A stretch of DNA of 64,000 bases from an uncultured Pelagibacteraceae bacterium (GCA_902624185.1 CACNWU010000001.1:4085-68084), one strand, 5' to 3'; positions 10,510-19,983 are shown, numbered from the stretch's first letter. Translations and numbers: made by a program. The notes: generated by a model not told the origin, from the letters alone.

Positions 10510-12242
10510 TACATTTTTTCAGGCACTGAAACACCCACAATATCCATGCCAGATTTTAATACATTTGAAATAGCTTTTAAAAAAATTAACTTATCATCAG
10601 TAATTTTTTTATCATTATTAATAAATCTTTTTTCTGGATTTTCTTTCCCTAAGTTCCAGTATGAATGAAATAATGAAGCAAGTTCATATAAATAAGTTGG
10701 TATTCTATGTGGCTCAAGTTTTTTACTTGATGAGTCAATACATTTAGGCCATTCTGATATTTTTTTTAAAATTTTAATTTCATCATTTGTATATTGGAAC
10801 TCATATCTCTTAATTTTAAGATCTGATTTTAGATCCATATTAACATGTCTAAACACTGAAGCTATTCGAGCATAACTATATTGCACATAGTAAAGAGGAT
10901 TATCTTTCGATTTTTCAATTACATTATCAAAATCAAAATCTAGCTCTACATCACTGCTTCTATTTAACATTATGAATCTTGTTGCGTCTTTGCCTACTTC
11001 TTTGATCAAGTCGTCCACAGTTATATAATCTCCTTTTCTTTTAGACATTTTAAAAGGTTTTTTATCTTTAATAAGTTTTACTAATTGGCTTACTTTACAA
11101 ATTAAAATATCTTTTGAATTCGATAAAGCTTCGACTGACGATGAAATTCTTTTTATATACCCAGCGTGATCAGCACCTAAAATATTGATTAAGTGATCAA
11201 ACTTTCTATCTAACTTATTTTTGTGATATGCAACATCGCTTGCGAAATAGGTCCAAGATCCATCAGATTTTTGTAAAGCTCTATCTTTATCATCACCAAA
11301 ATCAGTAGATTTAAAAAGTAATTGTTCACGTTCAATCCATTTATTCTTGTCTTCAATAGCTGGGGCTTTAATTTTTCCTTTATAAACAAATTTACCTTTT
11401 TGAAGAAAATCGATTACTTTTTCAACCTCTTGATTTTTGACTAATTTTTTTTCACTTACGAAATTATCATGTTTAATACCTAGACTATTGAGATTTTCTT
11501 TGATCAATTTTAATGCTTCCTCAATTGACAATGAAGTTAATTTTTCACTTATATTTTCAAAACTATTAAAATCTATTTTCTCATTTGAATTAATTATGTT
11601 TTGAGCAAAATTAATTAGGTAATCACCAGGGTATAACTCTTCATTATCAGATGGAAATGGCTCATTAAAGATTATTTCTCTTATTCTAAAATATACAGAT
11701 TTTGTAAAATTTATAATTTGATTACCATAATCATTTACATAATATTCTTTTTTGACTTTGTGCTTGTTGAATAATAAGACATTTGCAATAACGTCACCTA
11801 AAATTGCTCCTCTACAATGACCCACATGTAAAGGACCTGTTGGATTAGCAGATACAAACTCAATTAAATAATTTTTCTTTTTTTCTTTTGAATTAATTCC
11901 AAAAGTTTTGGCATTTTGAATAATATCTTCAAGAAATTTATTCCAAAAATTTCCTTTAAACTTTATGTTAATAAAGCCTGGTTTGATGATTGATATATCT
12001 TCAACAAGTTCATCACTTTTTTTAATAGCTTCAGTTAATTTAGTAGCTAAGTCCATTGGTGATTTTTTATTTACCTTAGATAAAACCATTGCAACATTAG
12101 TAGATATATCACTATCAAATTTTGAAGGAGGTATTTCTGCAGTAATACCATCCAAATTGTCAGGCAAAAGCAAATTGCCATTTTTAGACAAATCTAAAAG
12201 AATTTTTTTTATATTATCTAAATATTGATCAAAAATATTCAT
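10509..12242 (-). CDS. argS: Arginyl-tRNA synthetase
   Basis: EFVSANPTGPLHVGH, KMSKRKG, YVQYSYAR. Confidence 0.99.
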   Translation of the reverse strand: MNIFDQYLDNIKKILLDLSKNGNLLLPDNLDGITAEIPPSKFDSDISTNVAMVLSKVNKKSPMDLATKLTEAIKKSDELVEDISIIKPGFINIKFKGNFWNKFLEDIIQNAKTFGINSKEKKKNYLIEFVSANPTGPLHVGHCRGAILGDVIANVLLFNKHKVKKEYYVNDYGNQIINFTKSVYFRIREIIFNEPFPSDNEELYPGDYLINFAQNIINSNEKIDFNSFENISEKLTSLSIEEALKLIKENLNSLGIKHDNFVSEKKLVKNQEVEKVIDFLQKGKFVYKGKIKAPAIEDKNKWIEREQLLFKSTDFGDDKDRALQKSDGSWTYFASDVAYHKNKLDRKFDHLINILGADHAGYIKRISSSVEALSNSKDILICKVSQLVKLIKDKKPFKMSKRKGDYITVDDLIKEVGKDATRFIMLNRSSDVELDFDFDNVIEKSKDNPLYYVQYSYARIASVFRHVNMDLKSDLKIKRYEFQYTNDEIKILKKISEWPKCIDSSSKKLEPHRIPTYLYELASLFHSYWNLGKENPEKRFINNDKKITDDKLIFLKAISNVLKSGMDIVGVSVPEKM

Positions 12243-13357
12243 TTCATTTTTCTATTAAGGTTAATTGCATACCGATCAGTCATTCCGGAAATAAAGTCTG
12301 AAATAGCTCTAAATTTATTGATTGAAATTTGCTCTTTTGTAAGAAAATTTCTGGGATTTTTTTTAATCTTATTAAATAACTTCTTAATAATTAACTTCCC
12401 ATTATTATTTTTATTTAAAACATTTTTATTATTATACATTTTTGTCTTTAAGAAATATCTTATCTCTTTTTCCGAATTTTTTACTTTATCAGAAAATTCA
12501 ACTATTAAAAAAGATGATTTGTTTATATCCTTAAATGATTTAATCTTATAATAAATCAAATTTTTTTTTGTGTGAGCTATTAAATCTTTAATCATCAAAT
12601 CAATTGAATCTCTTATAATTTGGTAAGTTGCTATTTTATAATTTAGTTTATTTATTTTTTTTTTGTATTTTTTGTAAATATCCTTAAAAAAATTAATTTC
12701 AATTAATTCCTCAAGTTTAAATAAATTTGCATTTATTCCATCCTGAATATCATGGTTATTGTAAGCTATATCATCAGAAATCGCTGCTATTTGAGCCTCT
12801 AATGATGGATATGTTTTAAAATTTATCATGTTTTTAAAATTTTTTATTCCAATTAAATTGTTTACTAAATGTAAATCATTTACAGGACCGTTATGCTTTA
12901 AAAGACCTTCTATAGTTTCAATAGAAAGATTTAATCCTTTGAACTTTAAATATTTATTTTCTAAAAACATTACAATTCTTAATGTTTGTAAATTATGATC
13001 AAATCCACCGTAATCTTTCATACATTCATTTAGTGCATCTTCACCTGCATGTCCAAAAGGAGTATGGCCTAAGTCATGTGCAAGACTAAGTGTCTCAGCT
13101 AAATCTTCATTAAGATTGAGATGTCTTGAAATTGATCTAGCGATTTGAGCAACTTCAATTGAATGAGTTATTCTTGTACGATAATGGTCCCCTTCAGTAT
13201 TAACAAATACTTGGGTTTTATGTTTTAGTCTTCGAAATGAAGCACTATGGATAATACGATCTCTGTCTCTTTGAAATGGAGTTCTATATTTTGATGAAGA
13301 TTCTTTATAAAGTCTTCCTTTGCTTTTAAATAGACCAATCTTTGAGTATTTTTTCAT
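12239..13357 (-). CDS. dgt: dGTP triphosphohydrolase-like HD protein
   Basis: FQRDRDRIIHSASFRRLKHKTQV, HDLGHTPFGHAGE. Confidence 0.96.
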   Translation of the reverse strand: MKKYSKIGLFKSKGRLYKESSSKYRTPFQRDRDRIIHSASFRRLKHKTQVFVNTEGDHYRTRITHSIEVAQIARSISRHLNLNEDLAETLSLAHDLGHTPFGHAGEDALNECMKDYGGFDHNLQTLRIVMFLENKYLKFKGLNLSIETIEGLLKHNGPVNDLHLVNNLIGIKNFKNMINFKTYPSLEAQIAAISDDIAYNNHDIQDGINANLFKLEELIEINFFKDIYKKYKKKINKLNYKIATYQIIRDSIDLMIKDLIAHTKKNLIYYKIKSFKDINKSSFLIVEFSDKVKNSEKEIRYFLKTKMYNNKNVLNKNNNGKLIIKKLFNKIKKNPRNFLTKEQISINKFRAISDFISGMTDRYAINLNRKMK

Positions 13358-13407
13358 CCTTTAAAATTAAATATTAAGTATTATATTAGTAATACCAGTG
13401 ATCAATA

Positions 13408-13725
13408 ATGATAAAAGAAATTAAATTTACTGATAAAGCTTTAAAACAGATCAATAGTCTATTGTCTAAAAAGAATAAAGGCTCTTTCTTTAGAATCGCT
13501 ATTAAAGGTGGCGGATGTTCTGGTTTTCAATATGAATTTACATTCGATCAAGCAAAATCAAAAGATGACTTAAATTTTGAAAATATTTTGATCGACAAAA
13601 CTTCAGCAGATCTTTTAAAAGGATCAGAAATTGATTACGTTTCAGAATTAATTGGTGAACAATTTAAAATAACCAATCCACAAACAAAATCTTCTTGTGG
13701 ATGTGGTGTTTCTTTTTCTCTTTAA
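13408..13725 (+). CDS. erpA: Fe-S cluster insertion protein (HesB/IscA/ErpA family)
   Basis: GGGCSGFQY, CGCGVSF. Confidence 0.9.
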   Translation: MIKEIKFTDKALKQINSLLSKKNKGSFFRIAIKGGGCSGFQYEFTFDQAKSKDDLNFENILIDKTSADLLKGSEIDYVSELIGEQFKITNPQTKSSCGCGVSFSL

Positions 13726-14502
13726 ATGCTGATTTCATCTTGGAATGTAAATTCCGTACGTGCTCGTATCGAAAATATAAAAAGTTACCTACTGAAATAT
13801 AAACCTGATATATTAATGATGCAGGAAATTAAAACTGAGGATATAAATTTTCCTTATGACGATTTTTCCTCAATGGATTACGAAAGTCATGTATTTGGTC
13901 AAAAAAGTTATAATGGTGTGGCGATTATTTCAAAAATAAAACTAAAAAATGTAAAGACAGACCTTATTAAAGATAAATTAAAACAATCAAGAATTATTTC
14001 TGCTGAAGTTGAATATAAAAAAAAAATAATTCAATTAATAAATATTTACACTCCCAATGGAAACCCTGTTGATACTGAAAAATATGATTATAAAAAAAAT
14101 TGGATGGATCAATTAATAAAACAATTAAAATTTTTATCTAAAAAAAATCCAAATATAATTCTTGCAGGCGATTTTAATGTAATTCCGTCTGCAGAAGATG
14201 TTTACAATGTAAAAAGTTTTGAAGATGATGCATTATATAGATTAGAAATAAGAAAAAAATTCAGAGAGATGCTTAATTTAGGATTTAACGATGTTTATAG
14301 ACATTTTAATGAAACAAAAGAAGGCTATACTTTTTGGGATTATATGAGAGGAGCTTGGCAAAAAAATAATGGTATGAGAATAGATCACTTTTTAGGATCA
14401 AACTCTTTAATCGATCAAATTAAATCTATAAATATTAATAAAGATCCAAGAGGAAGAGAAAAACCCTCTGACCACACACCAATTGAAATTAAATTAGCTT
14501 AA
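13726..14502 (+). CDS. xth: Exodeoxyribonuclease III
   Basis: SWNVNS, QEIK, GDFN, RIDH, SDHTP. Confidence 0.97.
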   Translation: MLISSWNVNSVRARIENIKSYLLKYKPDILMMQEIKTEDINFPYDDFSSMDYESHVFGQKSYNGVAIISKIKLKNVKTDLIKDKLKQSRIISAEVEYKKKIIQLINIYTPNGNPVDTEKYDYKKNWMDQLIKQLKFLSKKNPNIILAGDFNVIPSAEDVYNVKSFEDDALYRLEIRKKFREMLNLGFNDVYRHFNETKEGYTFWDYMRGAWQKNNGMRIDHFLGSNSLIDQIKSININKDPRGREKPSDHTPIEIKLA

Positions 14503-15492
14503 AGATTTTATTTTATTTACTAGTTCCTCATTAATATTTCGAGAACCTTTATCTAGTCTGTTTTTATGTCTTCTTTCACCAGGTAATCTTACTTCACCCA
14601 TTGATTTCATTTTATCAAAAAATTCATCTGCATGTTTTTGCCAATTTGTTCCTGAAGTTTTATCTGGTGAAATTGCAATAATAAATTCTCCCCCACTTGG
14701 TGGTCCACCGTCATTATTATCTTTAGCTGCTGTTTCAAAACTAAAATTGTCACCAACTAAAGCGCCTGCCATTAACTCAACCATCATTGCTATAGCTGAA
14801 CCTTTATAACCACCAAAAGGAAGTAAGACACCACCGTCTGCTATTGCTCCTGGATCAGTAGTCTCTTTACCATCTTTGGTTAAACCAGTTCCAAGTGGAA
14901 CTTTGTGCCCTTCTCTTTTAGCAACTTGAACTTCACCCATTGCCATTGATGCAGTTGCCATATCATAAACGACTGGAGTTTTGCCAGGACGTGGCCAAGC
15001 GAATGAAATTGGATTTGTTCCGAACAATGGTTTAATTGCTCCCGCAGGTGCTACAGCAGGTTTATAAGATGTACAAGCAAATGCAACTAGCCCCTCTTCT
15101 GCTAATTTTTCTGTTTCAGGCCACATAGCAGCCATATGATGAGAATTATTTATTGCTAACACTGCTACACCATTTTCTTTTGCAGCTTTTGCTAATTCAG
15201 GTAGACCTTTATTTAAAACTACAGGTGCTAAGCAATTATTCCCTTGAACTTTAATTACTGATGATGAAATTTTTTTAACTTCTGGTTTTCCTTTACCATT
15301 AATTTTACCACTTTTTAAACCACTTACATATGCTGGTAATCTAAATAAACCATGAGATAATGAACCATCACGTTCAGCGTTTCTGATTAAATCTGATAGA
15401 ATAGATGCTGTTTCATCATCACATCCATTAGCTAATAATGTTTTTTTAGCTAGATTAAAAATTTCATCTAATGAAAGGGAAACTGTACTCAT
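14494..15492 (-). CDS. Ldh_2 family NAD(P)H oxidoreductase, DpkA/LhpD-like imine reductase
   Basis: SHGLFRLP, HHMAAMWPE, FGTNPISFAWP, PFGGYKGS, RLPGERR. Confidence 0.8.
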   Translation of the reverse strand: MSTVSLSLDEIFNLAKKTLLANGCDDETASILSDLIRNAERDGSLSHGLFRLPAYVSGLKSGKINGKGKPEVKKISSSVIKVQGNNCLAPVVLNKGLPELAKAAKENGVAVLAINNSHHMAAMWPETEKLAEEGLVAFACTSYKPAVAPAGAIKPLFGTNPISFAWPRPGKTPVVYDMATASMAMGEVQVAKREGHKVPLGTGLTKDGKETTDPGAIADGGVLLPFGGYKGSAIAMMVELMAGALVGDNFSFETAAKDNNDGGPPSGGEFIIAISPDKTSGTNWQKHADEFFDKMKSMGEVRLPGERRHKNRLDKGSRNINEELVNKIKSLS

Positions 15493-15534
15493 CCGTTTAT
15501 TAGATATTATTTATGACTAAAGATCAATTTTTAT

Positions 15535-16548
15535 TTAACAACCTTTGAAAGATTTTGACATGTTGCCAATTAAATCAAAATAAAGATCTTTTCCTGGATT
15601 AAGAGTTGCTCCTAATGGATCTATAACCCCAGTTGCAACATTAGTATCTTTTGCTACAGCCTTTATAATATCAGGATTAAATTGTGGCTCTGAAAATACA
15701 CAGCTTACTTTATCGTGTTCAATTATTTCTCTGATTTCAGCTAACTGTTCAGCACCAGGCATTACATCTGTGTTGACTGTAAATGCTCCAAGTATATTAA
15801 CATCAAATCTCTTTTCAAAATATTGGTAGGCATCATGAAAAACGATAGATTTAAAATCCTTGTTTAATTCAGACTTCACATTTTTTATCAATTTGTCTAA
15901 ATCTTTATTAGCTTTCTTAAGGTTATCTTTGTATTTAGAGGCATTGTTTTGATCATTTTCAATCAAATGTTCAGTCATTTCATTTAATATAACTTTAGCA
16001 TTCATTGGATCTAGCCAAATGTGCGGGTCATACTCGCCATGAGCATGTCCTTCATGTCCATGATCATCATGGTCATCTTCTTTATGGCCTTCTTTATCAT
16101 GATCATGGTCATCATGGTCATCTTCCTTTTTTGCATGATCATCGTGGTCATCTTCTTTATGGCCATGATCATGTTCATCAAAAACATTTCTTTCTCTAAA
16201 TTTAAGTTTTTTTAAACCTTTAATTTCAATTAATTCGATTTTCTCAGCTTTTTTGGCAATTGAATTTAATGGTTTTTCTAAGAAATTTTCTAAATCCTCA
16301 CCAACCCAGAATATAAGATCAGCATCTTGTAACATTTTCGCGTGAGATGGTTTTAATGCAAAATTATGAGGTGAAGAATACCCATCAACTATTAAATCAG
16401 GTTTACCTACACCATCCATCAAGTAACTAGCTAATGAATGAATAGGTTTAATTGAAGTAACTACTTTAATTTCAGCATTTGCTGGTACAAAAATAGCTAA
16501 GAATGATAGTATTGATAGGATAAATGGTAATTTTTTAATATTTTTCAT
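15535..16548 (-). CDS. znuA: Zinc ABC transporter substrate-binding protein
   Basis: SIKPIHSL, SPH, His/Asp-rich loop, DPHIWLDP, FHDAYQYF; start taken as ATG 16548 (MKNIKK signal peptide). Confidence 0.96.
   Translation of the reverse strand: MKNIKKLPFILSILSFLAIFVPANAEIKVVTSIKPIHSLASYLMDGVGKPDLIVDGYSSPHNFALKPSHAKMLQDADLIFWVGEDLENFLEKPLNSIAKKAEKIELIEIKGLKKLKFRERNVFDEHDHGHKEDDHDDHAKKEDDHDDHDHDKEGHKEDDHDDHGHEGHAHGEYDPHIWLDPMNAKVILNEMTEHLIENDQNNASKYKDNLKKANKDLDKLIKNVKSELNKDFKSIVFHDAYQYFEKRFDVNILGAFTVNTDVMPGAEQLAEIREIIEHDKVSCVFSEPQFNPDIIKAVAKDTNVATGVIDPLGATLNPGKDLYFDLIGNMSKSFKGC
16040..16180. repeat. Imperfect tandem repeats encoding the ZnuA His/Asp loop (KEDDHDDH x3)
   Basis: tcatcRtggtcatcttc.. 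units at ~16063, ~16108, ~16138. Confidence 0.85.
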
Positions 16549-16565
16549 ATGTTGTATATTTAAGT

Positions 16566-16598
16566 TGTTATAATATAACACTATGTAATAATATAACA
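16566..16598. promoter_or_regulatory. Two tandem Zur boxes between divergent znuA and znuCB-zur
   Basis: TGTTATA-A-TATAACA (16566-16580, perfect) and TGTAATA-A-TATAACA (16584-16598) match the proteobacterial Zur core TGTTATANTATAACA. Confidence 0.9.
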
Positions 16599-16618
16599 TT
16601 TATAAGTCAAGGATTTAA

Positions 16619-17365
16619 ATGAGCTCTGATCAAAATATTTTAGTTAAATTAAAAGACGCTGGTTTTAAAATAAATGATAAATGGCTCGTTAAAGGTGTGT
16701 CACTACAAGTTGAAAAAGGTAAAATAGTTACTCTTATTGGTCCGAACGGATCAGGAAAAAGTACAACTGCTAAAATCGCTCTTGGTATTTATAAAAAGAT
16801 TGATGGCTCAGTAGAAAAAAATACAGATAAAATTGGATATGTTCCTCAAAAAATTTCAATTGATTGGACGTTACCACTTAGAGTTTATGACTTTATGTTA
16901 CTTACTGAAAATCTTGATGAAGAAACAATTAATAATGCTTTATCATTAACTGGAGTTACTCATCTTAAAAATAAAAATTTAGGTGATTTGTCTGGTGGAG
17001 AATTTCAAAGAGTATTACTAGCAAGAGCTATATCAAAAAAACCAGAACTATTAGTTCTTGATGAGCCAGTTCAAGGGGTAGATTTTACTGGTGAAATCGC
17101 TTTATATGAATTAATTAAAAAAATCTCAGATGAATTAAATTGTGGTATTTTATTGATTTCTCACGACTTACATACTGTAATGAGCGCGACAGATCATGTG
17201 GTTTGCTTAAATGGCCATGTCTGTTGTTCAGGGTCTCCAATAGATGTAGCAAAAAATAATGAATATAAAGCTTTATTTGGTGAACAAGCCTCACAAATAC
17301 TATCAAGATATGAGCATAGACATGATCATGTTCATACAAGTGAAGGAGAAATAAAGAAAAATTAA
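16619..17365 (+). CDS. znuC: Zinc ABC transporter ATPase
   Basis: GPNGSGKST, LSGGEFQRVLLARA, CLNGHVCCSG, C-terminal HRHDH. Confidence 0.97.
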   Translation: MSSDQNILVKLKDAGFKINDKWLVKGVSLQVEKGKIVTLIGPNGSGKSTTAKIALGIYKKIDGSVEKNTDKIGYVPQKISIDWTLPLRVYDFMLLTENLDEETINNALSLTGVTHLKNKNLGDLSGGEFQRVLLARAISKKPELLVLDEPVQGVDFTGEIALYELIKKISDELNCGILLISHDLHTVMSATDHVVCLNGHVCCSGSPIDVAKNNEYKALFGEQASQILSRYEHRHDHVHTSEGEIKKN

Positions 17366-18169
17366 ATGTTTGATGATTTTTTTATAAGAGCTTTAGTGGC
17401 TGGACTTGGGGTTGCAATTGTTACAGGACCTCTTGGTTGTTTTGTTATATGGAGAAGACTTTCATATTTTGGTGATACTCTCTCCCACTCTGCATTGCTC
17501 GGTGTTACACTAGCTTATTCTATGGAGTTTAATATTGCACTATCAGTATTTATAATTTCATCTTTAATAGCTTTAACATTAATACATCTTCAAAAAAGAA
17601 CAAACTTGCCAGGTGATGCCTTATTAGGTCTTTTGGCTCATTCATCATTGGCAGTTGGACTTGTTGTTATTGGTTTTCTCACTTTTATTAGATTCGATAT
17701 AATGGGATTATTATTTGGAGATATATTGGCTGTAACAGCTAAAGATATTTTTATTATTTGGGTTGGTGGAGCTTTAATTCTATTAGTCCTAAAATTAATT
17801 TGGAAATCTTTATTCGCATCAACAGTTAACTATGAATTAGCTGAGGCAGAAGGTTTAAATCCTGATAGAGCCAAGGCAATTTTCACGATCTTAATGGCTG
17901 GTATCATCGCCATATCAATTAAAATGGTTGGATTATTATTAATTACAGGGATGTTAATTATACCAGCAGCAATGGCTAGAAACATTTCAGATAGTCCACA
18001 GAAAATGGTTGTTTACTCAATCATTGGAGGTTTATTATCAGTAATATTAGGGTTATTCTCTTCTTTAGAGTTCAATACATCTTCTGGACCTTCAATCATA
18101 GCGGCTGCTTTATTTTTATTCATACTTTCTTTATTTAATATTAAACAATCAATTAAATTGAAAAATTAA
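17366..18169 (+). CDS. znuB: Zinc ABC transporter permease
   Basis: GPLGCFVIWRRLSYFGDTLSHSALLG, LFGDILAV. Confidence 0.97.
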   Translation: MFDDFFIRALVAGLGVAIVTGPLGCFVIWRRLSYFGDTLSHSALLGVTLAYSMEFNIALSVFIISSLIALTLIHLQKRTNLPGDALLGLLAHSSLAVGLVVIGFLTFIRFDIMGLLFGDILAVTAKDIFIIWVGGALILLVLKLIWKSLFASTVNYELAEAEGLNPDRAKAIFTILMAGIIAISIKMVGLLLITGMLIIPAAMARNISDSPQKMVVYSIIGGLLSVILGLFSSLEFNTSSGPSIIAAALFLFILSLFNIKQSIKLKN

Positions 18170-18192
18170 TGAGGAATCATTAAAGTAAAAAA

Positions 18193-18576
18193 ATGCAAAA
18201 TCTTTCAAAAAATCAGCAAATTATTTTTGATTTAATTGATAAATCAGCTGAACCATTAAAAGCTTATGCAATACTTTTTAATGTTCAAAAAAAAGGAATT
18301 AAAGCTCCATTACAAGTATATCGAGCATTAGATAAGTTAGTTGAAATAGGAAAAATTCATAAAATTGAAAGCAGAAATGCCTTTATAGCCTGTCAAAATT
18401 CTAGTTGTCAGGTATCAAAAGCTACTGCATTTTCAATCTGTGAGATCTGTGAGAAAGTAACAGAAATCAGCAGTGCAAGTCTCTCTAAATACTTAACTAA
18501 TTTCAAAGACAAAGATGGTATGAAATATAGTAAATACAATCTTGAGTTTTTTGGATTATGTAAAAAGTGTAGATAA
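18193..18576 (+). CDS. zur: Zinc uptake regulator (Fur family)
   Basis: VYRALDKL, HKIES, CEIC and CKKC; follows znuCB. Confidence 0.9.
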   Translation: MQNLSKNQQIIFDLIDKSAEPLKAYAILFNVQKKGIKAPLQVYRALDKLVEIGKIHKIESRNAFIACQNSSCQVSKATAFSICEICEKVTEISSASLSKYLTNFKDKDGMKYSKYNLEFFGLCKKCR

Positions 18577-18620
18577 GTTATTATCTAAAATCTAAATAAA
18601 ACAAGCTGAAAGGGAAACGT

Positions 18621-18842
18621 ATGTTTATTAAGAAATATCTTAAATGGATAAGCACATTTCTAGTTTTAATAGGTATTCTTTTAACAAACCTAAATATATA
18701 TCCTTTAAATATTTATTTTCATGGATTAGGAGTTGTTGGATGGACTATTGCTGGATTTGTTAGCAAAGATAAAGCGATATTAACTAATTTTGGATTACAG
18801 ATACCATTATTTATCATTGGTATTTATAAGGTTGTATTTTAA
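18621..18842 (+). CDS. Small membrane protein of unknown function
   Basis: 73-aa hydrophobic ORF (NIYPLN motif) with upstream purine-rich RBS. Confidence 0.75.
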   Translation: MFIKKYLKWISTFLVLIGILLTNLNIYPLNIYFHGLGVVGWTIAGFVSKDKAILTNFGLQIPLFIIGIYKVVF

Positions 18843-18878
18843 TTATAAAGTAGACTTTAATTTTAATTAGTTTAGATA

Positions 18879-19007
18879 TTGACGAATCCACCCCCTAATT
18901 CTTAAAACAATAAATTTATATATAGAATTATTTTCCGTCTCAGATTACATACTCCTTAAGTCATGAATCGATAGGAACCGAAAACAATAATATAAAGGAG
19001 AAAAAGA
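18879..19007 (+). promoter_or_regulatory. Putative promoter (TTGACG...TAAAAC) and structured 5' leader with anti-SD loop
   Basis: -35-like TTGACG 18879-18884; imperfect hairpin 18933-18977; CTCCTT 18952-18957 complementary to SD AAGGAG 18995-19000. Confidence 0.45.
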
Positions 19008-19973
19008 ATGGAAATGACTTTAATTTACACGGTTATAGGTTTTGCCCTTGCCGGTTATAGCGTAATCGCTAACGACTCAATTCAAACACTAGGTACATTT
19101 ATAGCTTCAAAAAAGAAGTGGTTTAAATGGTACATACTAGCAGGATCAGCTTCTAGTGTAATGATTTTAGCTTTAGCATGGGGATGGTATTCATATGATG
19201 GTGATATTTCATACGGAAGATTAACTAGAATACCTTATCAAGAAATTCAATGGTATCATGCAGTAGCGCCTGCAATATTGCTATTATTAACAAGAATTGG
19301 AATACCGGTATCTACTACTTTCTTAGTTCTTTCAGCATTTGCTTCAACAGTTGTGCTTGAAAAAATGCTATTAAAAAGTGTAGTTGGATATGGTTTAGCG
19401 GCAATGGTCGCTTATATTGCTTGGATTGTTGTATCAAAGTTTATCAATGAAAAATTAGATGAAGTTGATGAAAAGTATATAGGCTTTTGGAGAAACTCAG
19501 TATGGGTCACTTCAGGTTGGTTATGGTGGGTTTGGTTATCTCACGATGTAGCAAACATCGCCGTATATCTTCCAAGACAACTGGATATAACAATTCTATT
19601 AACTGTAATGGCATATTTTACGGTTTTACTATTTTACATCTTTTATATTCAGGGTGGACGAATACAAACTGTAGTTTTAGAAAAAACTGGAACTAGATAT
19701 GCAAGATCAGCTACAATTATTAATGTAATTTATGCAGGTGTTTTATACTACTTTAAAGAACTTAATGATTTGCCTATGTCAACTACATGGGTTTTCGTTG
19801 GTTTATTATGCGGTAGAGAACTTGCGATTTCAACAATGAACAAAGATTATAAGTTTAAGTATGTTTTTCCATTAATTGGTAAAGACTTTCTTAAAATGAT
19901 CTTTGGATTAAGCGTATCAGTTGGAATTGTTTTAGGAATTCATTACATAATTATTCCAAATAATTGGTTCTAA
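19008..19973 (+). CDS. Multi-pass membrane protein, divergent PiT/PHO4-like (phosphate/sulfate permease-like)
   Basis: Internal repeat with ANDSIQTLGT / HDVAN and GIPVSTT / LPMSTT, echoing PiT motifs GANDxAN and PVSTTH. Confidence 0.65.
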   Translation: MEMTLIYTVIGFALAGYSVIANDSIQTLGTFIASKKKWFKWYILAGSASSVMILALAWGWYSYDGDISYGRLTRIPYQEIQWYHAVAPAILLLLTRIGIPVSTTFLVLSAFASTVVLEKMLLKSVVGYGLAAMVAYIAWIVVSKFINEKLDEVDEKYIGFWRNSVWVTSGWLWWVWLSHDVANIAVYLPRQLDITILLTVMAYFTVLLFYIFYIQGGRIQTVVLEKTGTRYARSATIINVIYAGVLYYFKELNDLPMSTTWVFVGLLCGRELAISTMNKDYKFKYVFPLIGKDFLKMIFGLSVSVGIVLGIHYIIIPNNWF

Positions 19974-19983
19974 ACAAATCTAT

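Noticed and set aside
16005-16215. Two His-rich / Met-Ile-rich 64-aa ORFs on + strand
   Set aside because: Antisense shadows of the znuA His/Asp repeat
16549-16599. N-terminal extension of znuA in the ORF track
   Set aside because: Runs through the Zur boxes; the signal peptide begins at ATG 16548
18925-19007. Assignment of the leader to SAM-II/SAM-V, yybP-ykoY or fluoride riboswitch classes
   Set aside because: I could not find their conserved nucleotides by eye; kept only as an unclassified candidate
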